Notes: generated by a model from the sequence alone, not told the origin. Positions 11,101 through 20,000 are shown, numbered from the stretch's first letter. The stretch is 20,000 nt of DNA from Chiloscyllium plagiosum (GCF_004010195.1 NC_057758.1:5512491-5532490); one strand, 5' to 3'. Program-made: numbers and translations.

Positions 11101-14100
11101 CTGTGGGGTATATGTCAATGTGGGGCTATATCTCTCACTTTTGGGCTGTATCTCTCACTGTGGGGCTGTATCTCTCACTGTGGGGCTGTATCTCTCACTG
11201 TGGGTTGTACCAGTCACTGTGGGGCTGTGTCTCTCATTGTGGGGGTGTAACTCTCACTGTGGGACTGTGTCTCTCATTGTGGGACTGTGTCTCTCACTGT
11301 GGGCATGTATCTCACACTATGGGCCTGTATCTGTCACTGTGGGCCTGTATCTCTCACTGTGGGCCTGTATCTCTCACTGTGGGCCTGTATCTCTCACCGT
11401 GGGGTTGTATCTCTCACCGTGGGGTTGTATCTCTCACCGTGGGGTTGTATCTCTCACTGTGGGGTTGTATCTCTCACCTTGGGGCTGTATCTCTCACCGT
11501 GGGGCTGTACCTGTCACTGTGGGACTGTACCTGTCACTGTGGGACTGTACCTGTCACTGTGGAGCAGTGTCTCTCACACTGGGGCTTTATCTATCACAGT
11601 GGGGATGTATCTCTCACTGTAGGCCTGTATCTCTCACTGTGGGGCTGTATCCTCACTGTGGTGTGGTATTCTCACTATGGGATGGTATCTCTCACTGTGG
11701 GACGGTATCTCTCACTGTGGGACGGTATCTCTCACTGTGGGGCTGTATCTGTCACTGTGGGTTTGTATCTCACACTGTTGGGCTGTGTCTCTCACTGTGG
11801 GGCTGTATCTCTCACTAAGGGGCTGTGTCTCTCACTAAGGGGCTGTGTCTCTCACTGTGAGGCTGTGTCTCTCACTGTGAGGCTGTATCTGTCACAGTGT
11901 TTCCGTGTCTCTCACTGGGGGGCTATATCTCTCACTGGGGGGCTGTATCTGTCACTGTGGGACTGTATCTGTCACTGTGGGACTGTATCTGTCACTGTGG
12001 AGCAGTGTCTCTCACAGTGGGGCTTTATCTATCACAATGGGGATGTTTCACTCACTGTAGGCCTGTGTCTCTCACTGTGGGGCTGTATCTGTCAATGTGG
12101 GGCGGTATCTGTCACAGTGTTTCCGTGTCTCTCACTGTGGGGCTGAATCTCTCACTGGGCGATTATATCTCCCACTGTGTACCTGTATCTCACACTGTGG
12201 GCCTGTGTCTCTCACTCTGGGCCTGTGTCTCTCACTGTGCGGCTGTATCTCTCACTGTGCGGCTGTATCTCTCACAGAGGGCTCTATCTGTCAATGTGGG
12301 GCTGTATCTCTCACTGTGGGGTTGTGTCTCTCACTGTGAGGCAATATCGCTCACTGTGGGGTAAATCTCATTGTGGGGCTATATCTCTCACTTTTGGCCT
12401 GTATCTCACACTATGGGCCTATATGTCCCACTCTGGGGCTTTTTCTCTCACTGTGGGGCTGTGTGTCTCACTATTGGGCTGTGTGTCTCACTGTGGGGCT
12501 GTGTGTCTCACTGTGGGTTGTCTCACTCAATCTGAGGTCGTACCATTCACTGTGGGGCTGTATCTCTCACTGTGGGTTGTCTCTCCCCCCGTGAGGCTGT
12601 ATCTCTCACTGTGGATTTATATCTCTCATTGTGGTTCTATATCTGTCACCGAGGGGCTGCATCTCTCACTATGGGCTAGGGTCTCTCACTATGGTCTGTA
12701 CCTGTCATTGCGGGGCTGTGTCTCTCACTGTGGGGTTGTGTCTCTCACTGTGAGGCCATATCGCACACTGTGGGGTGGTGTCTCTCACTTTTGGGCTGTA
12801 TTTGTCACTGTGGGCCTGTATCTCTCACTGTGGGCTGTATCTGTCACTGTGGACGTGTCTCTCTGCACTGTGTGGCTGTATCTCTCACTGTGGGGCTGTA
12901 TCTCTCACTGTAGTGCCAATATGTCTCACTGTGGGGTTGTATCTCTCACTGTGGGGCTGTATCTCTCACTCTGGGGCTGTATCTCTCACTATGGGTTGTG
13001 CCTCTCACTGTGGGGCTGTATCTATCACTGTGGGGCTGTATCTGTCACTGTGGGGCTGTGTGTCTCACTGTGGGGCTTTCTCTCACTGTGGGGATGTATC
13101 TCTCACTGTGGGGCTGTGTCTCTCACTATAGGGAATGTTTCTCTCACTGTGGGTCTGTATCTCTCACTGTGGGGCTGTATCTCTCACAGTAAGGCAGTAT
13201 CTGTCACTCTGGGGTGGTGTCTCTCACTGTGGGCTGTATTTGTCACTGTGGGCCTGTATCTCTCACAGTGGGCTGTATCTGTCACTGTGGGCGTGTCTCT
13301 CTGCACTGTGGGGCTGTATCTCTCACTGTGGGGTGTATCGCCAATATGTCTCACTGTGGGGTTGTGTCTCTCACTGTGGGTCTGTATATCTCACTGTGGG
13401 GTTGTGTCTCTCACTGTGGGGCTGTATCTCTCACTGTGGGTCTGTATCTCTCACTGTGGGGCTGTGTCTCTCACAGTGTGGCTGTGTCTCTCACTGTGGG
13501 TTGTGTCTCTCACTGTGGGGCTGCATCTCACACTGTGGGGCTGTGTGTCTCACTGTGGGGTTGAGTCTCTCACTGTGGGGCTGCATCTCACACTGTTGGG
13601 TTGTGTCTTTCACTGTGGGGCTGTGTCCCTCACTGTGGGGCTGCGTCCCTCACTGTGGGGCTGTATCTGTCTCTCACTGTGGGGCTGTGTCTCTCAATGT
13701 GGGGCTGTGCCTCTCACTGTGGGGCTGCATCTCTCACTGTGGGCTGCGTCTGTCACTGTGGGGTTGCGTCTGTCACTGTGGGGTTGCGTCTGTCACTGTG
13801 GGGCTGTGTCCCTCACTGTGGGGTTGTGTCTCTCACTGTAGGGCTGTATTTCTCACTGTGGGTTGTCTCTCCCCCCGTGAGGCTGTATCTCTCACTGTGG
13901 CTTTATATCTCACATTGTGGTTCTGTATCTGTCACCGAGGGGCTGCATCTCTCACTGTGGTCTGTACCTGTCATTGTGGGGCTGTGTCTCTCACTGTGGG
14001 GATGTGTCTCTCACTGGGAGGCCATATCGCACACTGTGGGGTATATCTCAATGTGGGGCTATATCTCTCACTTTTGGGCTGTATCTCACTGTGGGCCTGT

Positions 14101-15150
14101 ATCTCTCACTGTGGGCCTTTTTCTCTCACTGTGGGGCTGTATCTCTCACTGTGGGTTGTACCAGTCACTGTGGGGCTGTATCTCTCATTGTGGGTGTGTA
14201 ACTCTCACTGTGGGCCTGTGTCTCTCACTGTGGGCCTGTGTCTCTCACTGTGGGCCTGTGTCTCAGACTGTGGGCCTGTATCTGTCACTGTGGGCCTGTA
14301 TCTCTCACTGTGGGCCTGTATCTCTCACTGTGGGGTTGTCTCTCTCACTGTGGGGCTGTATCTCTCACCTTGGGGCTGTATCTCTCACCTTGGGGCTGTG
14401 TCTCTGACTGTGGGGCTGTATCTCTTACTGTCGGGCTGTGTGTCTCACTGTGAGGCTGTATCTGTCAATGTGGGGCTGTATCTCTCACTGTGGGGTTGTG
14501 TCTCTCACTGTGAGGCCATATCGCTCACTGTGGGGTAAATCTCAATGTGGGGCTATATCTCTCACTTTTGGGCTGTATCTCTCACTGTAGGCCTATATCT
14601 TCCACTCTGGGGCTTTTTCTCTCACCGTGAGGCTGTCTCTCTCACTGTGGGGCTGTATCTCTCACTGTGGGGCTGTATCTCTCACCTTGGGGCTGTGTCT
14701 CTCACTGTGGGGCTGTATCTGTCACTGTGGGGCTGTATCTGTCACTGTGGGGCTGTATCTGTCACTGTGGAGCAGTGTCTCTCACAGTGGGGCTTTATCT
14801 ATCACAGTGGGGATGTATCACTCACTGTAGGCCTGTGTCTCTCACTGTGGGGCTGTGTCTCTCACTGTGGGGCTGTGTCTCTCACTGAGGCTGTGTGTCT
14901 CTCACTGTGGGGCTGTGTCTCTCACTGTGGGGCTGTGTCTCTCACTGTGGGGCTGTGTCTCTCACTGTGGGGCTGTGTCTCTCACTGTGGGGCTGTGTCT
15001 CTCACTGTGGGGCTGTGTCTCTCACTGTGGGGCTGTGTCTCTCACTGTGGGGCTGTGTCTCTCACTGTGGGGCTGTGTCTCTCACTGTGGGGCTGTATCT
15101 GTCACTGTGGGGCTGTATCTGTCACTGTGGGGCTGTATCTGTCACTGTGG
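5177..15150 (+). repeat. 20-bp tandem satellite (right arm), ending at an assembly gap
   Basis: Same unit and same diagnostic variants as 1-4520. The last 240 bp are perfect copies. Confidence 0.98.
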
Positions 15151-15650
15151 NNNNNNNNNNNNNNNNNNNNNNNNNNNNNNNNNNNNNNNNNNNNNNNNNN
15201 NNNNNNNNNNNNNNNNNNNNNNNNNNNNNNNNNNNNNNNNNNNNNNNNNNNNNNNNNNNNNNNNNNNNNNNNNNNNNNNNNNNNNNNNNNNNNNNNNNNN
15301 NNNNNNNNNNNNNNNNNNNNNNNNNNNNNNNNNNNNNNNNNNNNNNNNNNNNNNNNNNNNNNNNNNNNNNNNNNNNNNNNNNNNNNNNNNNNNNNNNNNN
15401 NNNNNNNNNNNNNNNNNNNNNNNNNNNNNNNNNNNNNNNNNNNNNNNNNNNNNNNNNNNNNNNNNNNNNNNNNNNNNNNNNNNNNNNNNNNNNNNNNNNN
15501 NNNNNNNNNNNNNNNNNNNNNNNNNNNNNNNNNNNNNNNNNNNNNNNNNNNNNNNNNNNNNNNNNNNNNNNNNNNNNNNNNNNNNNNNNNNNNNNNNNNN
15601 NNNNNNNNNNNNNNNNNNNNNNNNNNNNNNNNNNNNNNNNNNNNNNNNNN
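15151..15650. other. Assembly gap (500 N; likely a fixed-size scaffold join)
   Basis: Exactly 500 N. Base composition changes completely across it, so true adjacency and distance are unverified. Confidence 0.99.
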
Positions 15651-16322
15651 CAACACAGTGAAGATTTTCCCCATGCAGTAATCAGTGAAAATTCGAGAGG
15701 TCGAGAAATATTTAAAGTAAAGGTTAACAACTTTATTTCGTAAAATATAACAGATAATAATTCAACTACAACTATTTACAACTCCTTCCTATGATCTATC
15801 TTTCATTTTCCTGTTCTACAAATCTACTCCGATAAAATAGCTGTTGAAAATTTACAAAGCAAACCCTCTTATCTCAAAACAAAGCAGACTTCAGTTCTGC
15901 TGTGTACTCCTGTCTTCTTTTCTTCTTCTTGGGGCTTCTGTTTTACAGGGTGATGATGGGTAAAGGTACCTCTAAGAGAGCTATTCACTGGACACTCTCT
16001 TTACCAGCTGGTGGCATGGCAGTTATCCTCTCAACTGTTCAACATTCCCTGGTCTTATACTCACAAAGCCACTGGTTGCGTCATTGAATTTAAAGATTGT
16101 CAAAGGACTAAATTCAAATTAGTTTGGAGTTTGGTATTTTTTGGTATAACATAAACTGATTTGACTAATTCAAATCTGTTTCTTTGTCTCCAGCCAACCA
16201 GCTACCCAGTCTAACCGAATGTCTGGAACACATGTTACATTGTACATTATTCAGAACGCTTTGTGCTGCCACTGCTTGTTTCAACTCTCTTAAAGGTACA
16301 GTACACCCAAATGTGCATAGTT
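15651..16322 (-). mobile_element. Probable degenerate LTR / solo LTR, end lost in the gap
   Basis: On the minus strand the order is a 5' end ...TATGCACATTTGGGTGTACTGTACCTTTAAGAGAG, then TATAAG (16054-16059), then AATAAA (15732-15737), over ~670 bp. It shares the 5' CCTTTAA motif with the LTR at 16939. The terminal TG is not intact and no TSD can be checked. Family likeness is from memory only. Confidence 0.45.
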
Positions 16323-16651
16323 TAGATTTTGGTCTTGCTCGTTATAAGGTAAATCAGTTTGCTCGTAATTCACTTTGAAAACGTGTGCGTTAAAGGCTTT
16401 GGTCAATAGGATAGTATCACACTTGATCACTTTGTTGCCCTATCCTGACGTTATCAAAGACTTGTGAATGTTGGCTGTTGAAAATCCCTGCTCTGCTTTC
16501 CCCTTTTCGATTTCCTGCCATCAATTTAACCTAATCTCATGCAGTGATTTATGCCTAAATATATTTTCTCATAATTCCCTAAAGTGAAAGCACATCCCGA
16601 TTTCTGCAAGCTGACGATTTCTTTGCTTTTGGCTTGTGTGCGCAATGTTGT

Positions 16652-16770
16652 CGGTCCTGAGGAAGTGTCACCGGGCCAGAAACATTAGGTCTGAATTGTC
16701 TTCATTGATGCTGCCAAACCTACTGATCTATTCCTTCTGTTTCGTTTTTTATTCACAATATGCTGCATTA
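16652..16770 (+). mobile_element. Degenerate Penelope-like element terminal (pLTR) fragment with hammerhead-like core
   Basis: CTGAGGA (16657-16663), a weak stem II (gtc-accg-ggc) and GAAAC (16679-16683), followed by GATGCTGCCAAACCTACTGA. The latter matches GATGCTGCCTGACCTGCTG on the minus strand at ~18580-18598. Confidence 0.6.
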
Positions 16771-16938
16771 CTATCAAAATGACTAATAATTTTCGTGTCC
16801 TCTGTCAAATTCCCAATCCTGCATCATATATTTGAGACTAATACTTGTATGTCCCAAATGTACAGTGTCTGATCAGATTTTCTGTACTTTAGAACCCTAC
16901 AGTAGGATGACTTACAGCGACAAAACAACACTTCCCTT

Positions 16939-17571
16939 TGGGACGATGCTTCTCCTTTAACAAGGTGATGTTGTCCTTGTTTTCTTTTAGAGGGGCCGTG
17001 CAAGACACAGGTTATGAAAGTTATGCGTTTCGACAGTTTTTATGACGAGTTGGATTATAGCTAACGGCTACTGCCTCAGAAAAAGGCTTTCAAGTTTAAA
17101 CAAAGACCTGTAAACTTAAAGAGAAGTGGTCCGTTCTCCCAGCCCAGCCTGACTCTGGTTGGATTGCGTTTTTGGCGGTTTGACTATTCACCAAAAGCAG
17201 TCAGGAAATCGGAACCAACAGAAGCAAATCCATGCTGACTATGCCCCACGCCCGAAACGACTTCTCTCCTGTCAGACCCTATGTTTTATTTTAGCTTTTG
17301 TGCCAAGGGGTGTTTATAGGTTTTGTGGTAAGTATTGGGGGCAACATCATTAAGTTGGCATAATGTGTTGCGTTTTAAATGAATTGCTATTCTGCATTCT
17401 GTTCTCTTTTGTTTGTGTTTCATTCAGTAATCTTGTTAATAAGTTCTGTTTTGTTTCAAGCTGCGTCCCTCCTTAACTATCAGCGACACATCTCCTTAAA
17501 ACAACTAGCAACGGTGGGTTCTGGGATACACCCTTAAAAAGTTTTGAGAGAATCTGGCCTCGCCCATAACA
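16939..17571 (+). mobile_element. Solo LTR (633 bp) with 4-bp target-site duplication CCTT
   Basis: Starts TG(GGACGATG...) at 16939 and ends ...CATAACA at 17571. CCTT flanks it on both sides (16935-16938 and 17572-17575). A degenerate polyA signal AATAAG lies at 17438-17443. No coding capacity. Confidence 0.72.
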
Positions 17572-18555
17572 CCTTACTGGGTCTATCTTCCATTAATACA
17601 AAATTTGTTACAGCATGATTTTTTTTTCTCTTCAACTCTTTCAATTTTACACACATCATGGAATCTTTATATCCCCATTCTTTAATTCCATAAAATATTG
17701 TTTTCCTGACCAAGTACAGTGATTCAAGTTTTAACACAGTGATAATTAATTAAACTTTATCATGTCTGTTTTTGCACATCTCGGATAGCCCAGAATTCTT
17801 TACTCGTGACTCATATTCTCAATAATTATAGCGACTGTGTTCAGGTAGAAATAAATATCTTCTGAGAACATTATGATCGAGACTCAACAATCGGTATTTT
17901 TATTCGGTATGATTTAAAATTTAGAATGTTGCTGAAATAGTCATATATTGAATGCTACCTGAATGATTCTATTATTGCCATTCATCAAATTCTGTTCTCC
18001 TGAAGGAATTTTGCAAATATATTTTCAGATTATTGTGCTCATTTCTCTTCATGTTAATTTATTGATCCCTTTGTTTGTTTGCGATGCATTCGATATAGGA
18101 TTGCAAAAATTGCACTTAATACTTGAAACTATTAACAGGAAACATCATTTTATGAGGTCTTTGAAGATTACTAATTGCCTGATCAGACATTACAAAGTGA
18201 AATCGATAAAATCTTATTTTATCAGATGAGGACATTTAGGAAAGCACCAGAGCAATTGAATGATACTAAGATATTTGGATGTGTGCATTGTAAAGAGGAT
18301 GGTCAGAGCCTGAACAGTGACGTGGACAAACTGGCTGAATGGGAAAATAATTGGCAAATGTACCATAATGTTGATAAATGTCAGGTTATGCACTTTGGAT
18401 ATTGGAAGGCAGAATATTATCAGAATGGTAACTGTTTAAGGAAGGGCGATGAGCAACGAGACCTGAGTATCATGGTGGAATGGTCGCTGAAGGTTAGTAT
18501 GGAGGTAAGAAGGCAGTCATGAAACCTCATGGAATTCTGGCCTTATTGCAAGCCT

Positions 18556-18605
18556 GAAAATGTGTTGCTGGAAAAGCGCAGCAGGTCAGGCAGCATCCAA
18601 GGAGC
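18556..18605 (-). mobile_element. Short, well-preserved Penelope-like terminal fragment inside CR1
   Basis: GAAAATGTGTTGCTGGAAAAGCGCAGCAGGTCAGGCAGCATCCAAGGAGC is not CR1 sequence. It aligns to the more diverged copy at 18677-18730 (AAAATGTGCGCCGCTAGAAATACGTACAACAGATCAGACAACGTCTGATGAG). Confidence 0.75.
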
Positions 18606-18676
18606 TATTGTGGGCGTCCACCAATGGTTCACCAGACTGATTCTGAAGATGGCAAGATTGACATGTGAAAAAAGTC

Positions 18677-19112
18677 AAAATGTGCGCCGCTAGAAATACG
18701 TACAACAGATCAGACAACGTCTGATGAGTGGGAGAGTCGACGTTTCATAAGCCCTTCTTCAGGAATGTTTCGGAGGTAGTGGCTGAGACATAAATGGAGG
18801 CGTGGCGTGCGGCTGGGTGGACATTTGGTTGCATGGCGGTAGATGGATGCAGGTGGGAAGTGATTCGAAATATTGGTGGTAAGAATGATCTTGATGGCTG
18901 AGAAGGAGGATGGGCAGTTTGCTGAGGTTAAAAAGGCTTTGTTGACTTGGAAGGTTCGATCTGGGATGAAGTGCAGGGAAGGGGAAATGAGGAAACTGGT
19001 GAAATCGACATTGCTTCCGTGTGTTTGCTGGGCCCAGGGAAAAAGTTGATTTGTTGTTCTTTCAGTTGGCGGGTGGCTTTGATTTGTCAGTGAAAGAAGG
19101 TGAGGAAAGCTT
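18677..19112 (-). mobile_element. Penelope-like element 3' fragment (GIY-YIG endonuclease C-terminus remnant + pLTR) nested in CR1
   Basis: The minus strand reads, across a frameshift, FH*QIKATRQLKEQQINF... then HGSNVDFTSFLISP. This resembles the PLE GIY-YIG tail (R..EE..LIF.LGTL.P.G.N.DF). A pyrimidine-rich UTR and a hammerhead-like motif follow. CR1 resumes collinearly after it (TCEK | ..LYSME). Confidence 0.75.
18734..18767 (-). ncRNA. Degenerate minimal type I hammerhead ribozyme motif
   Basis: Minus strand CATTC-CTGAAGA-AGGGCTTAT-GAAAC-GTC-GACTC contains the CUGANGA box (18756-18762), the GAAA box (18742-18746), a palindromic ACGT stem III and a GUC cleavage triplet. The 3' arm of stem II (GCCC, to pair with GGGC) is missing. 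Confidence 0.6.
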
Positions 19113-20000
19113 GTTTGGATTGAGCTTGTATTCAATGGAACTTAAAAGGATGGCGGGCCGTGGCCACAGGAACATTTGACTTGCTCATGGGGCGTGACAC
19201 GCTAGATGACGGGAGAATGTTCCTGATGCTGGCGAAGTGCAGAACGAGGCGTCAGAGCCTAATAAGGAGTATTCTAGACAGGTTTGAGATAAAGAAGAAT
19301 TTCTTCATTCACAGAGTTGTGAACCGATGGAATTCTCTGACACAAGATTCTTTTTCATGCCAGTTCATCAGATATATTCAAGGGGATATAGGGAGAGGGT
19401 TGGAATGAGTTAGTGAGTCTTGTTGAATGGTGGCGCGTGCTCGAAAGGCCGACTACTCTATTCCTCCATTCACTGTCTGTGTTTCTATGTTTCTAATATT
19501 GTGAATATGTACTGCAATATTAAGGACAGTAGTACCCTTCATTTTTGTGTGAGCAATAGCTGTATTCATCCCCAAAATGATCTGTTAACAACGTTTCTAC
19601 AATACTAGTTTCATCGTGCATGTGGCAGATTTTATTTCCTCACCCGCTCTGCTGGAATTGAATCATTGTATCTCATTCATGTTCAGAAAATTAAGCAAAC
19701 GAGGCTGCTTAAATCTGACATCCTGACCAACCCAAACTTTATGAACCTACCTGTTTTACAGAAAAAAAAGAATAAGAATATCAATGCGAATTTTCCTTTG
19801 ATATCTGGTTTGTCATGCACGTAAACATAACCCGTCAGTCTGTACTTGGTAAACAAGTGTAACAAATGCTAATTGTAAATAAACTAATTATCTCCTTGGT
19901 GGATTGGTTCGTGCATAAATAAGCTAGTCGTCTATTAGCTATGATATCCACCAGTTAGCGCCTTCCTGTTCATACAGAATTCACAGAAAAAATGGAAAAA

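Larger units (their letters stand above)
18220..19495 (+). mobile_element. 5'-truncated, decayed CR1-type LINE (ORF2 RT C-terminal half + 3' UTR), interrupted by two insertions
   Basis: Translations DTKIFGCVHCKEDGQSLNSDVDKLAEWENNWQMYHNVDKCQVMHFG (cf. CR1 FADDTK...DLDRL..W...WQM.FN.DKC.VMHFG), AIVGVHQWFTRLILKMARLTCEK, LYSMELKRM and FEIKKNFFIHRVVNRWNSLTQ. The 3' UTR TTGAATGGTGGCGCGTGCTCGAAAGGCCGA ends in an 8-bp GTTTCTAT repeat (19481-19495). Frameshifts and stops are present; the 5' boundary is approximate. Confidence 0.9.

Noticed and set aside
59..15150. Dozens of long overlapping Cys-rich ORFs as real genes (keratin-associated, metallothionein-like or membrane proteins)
   Set aside because: They are a direct product of a stop-free 20-mer. 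The same peptide appears in all frames, there are many 1-2 bp indels, and there is no unique domain or splice structure.
1..15150. CRISPR array
   Set aside because: Units are contiguous with no unique spacers, there are no cas genes, and the context is vertebrate retroelements.
15654..15692. CACAGTG immediately after the gap as an RSS or satellite continuation
   Set aside because: There is no nonamer at 12 or 23 bp and no 20-bp periodicity. It lies in the LTR-like end.
14545..15743. ORFs running through the N gap
   Set aside because: They are open only because N codons translate as X.
16644..16686. Type III hammerhead using AATGTT/AACATT as stem III
   Set aside because: Only 7 nt (GTCGGTC) lie between the putative cleavage site and CUGA, and they cannot form stem I. 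A decayed type I motif explains the sequence better.
17576..18229. ORFs 17534-17737(-) and 17963-18229(+) as genes
   Set aside because: They are short, AT-rich, compositionally biased translations with no recognisable motif.
18709..18728. Plus-strand CTGATGA with hairpin ATCAGAC-AAC-GTCTGAT as a second hammerhead
   Set aside because: No stem II plus GAAA follows, and the hairpin would sequester the CUGA. It is a mutated copy of GGTCAGGCAGCATCCAAGGAG.
19683..19790. Possible minus-strand splice acceptor (TTTTTTTTCTGTAAAACAG) and small exon GRFIKFGLVRMSDLSSLVCLIF*
   Set aside because: There is no recognisable protein similarity or partner exon, and such motifs are common by chance. RNA-seq would be needed to support it.

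Overview
Eukaryotic, non-coding, repeat-only window; no intact protein-coding gene is supportable. The TE families point to a vertebrate, most likely a cartilaginous fish (inference from recalled repeat motifs). Positions 1-15150 are one degenerate ~20-bp tandem satellite (consensus CTCTCACTGTGGGGCTGTAT, roughly 750 units). It has mosaic higher-order cassettes, a ~656-bp inverted block (4521-5176) and a 22-N gap, and it ends at a 500-N gap. All ORFs in 1-15150 are artefacts of a 20-mer that is stop-free on one strand. Notably, the consensus unit contains CACTGTG, the reverse complement of the V(D)J RSS heptamer CACAGTG, and some unit pairs also give a 7/9 nonamer at 22-24 bp spacing. Positions 15651-20000 are AT-rich and TE-derived: a probable minus-strand LTR, a solo LTR with TG...CA ends and a 4-bp CCTT TSD, a decayed 5'-truncated CR1 LINE interrupted by two Penelope-like fragments, and two degenerate hammerhead-ribozyme motifs.
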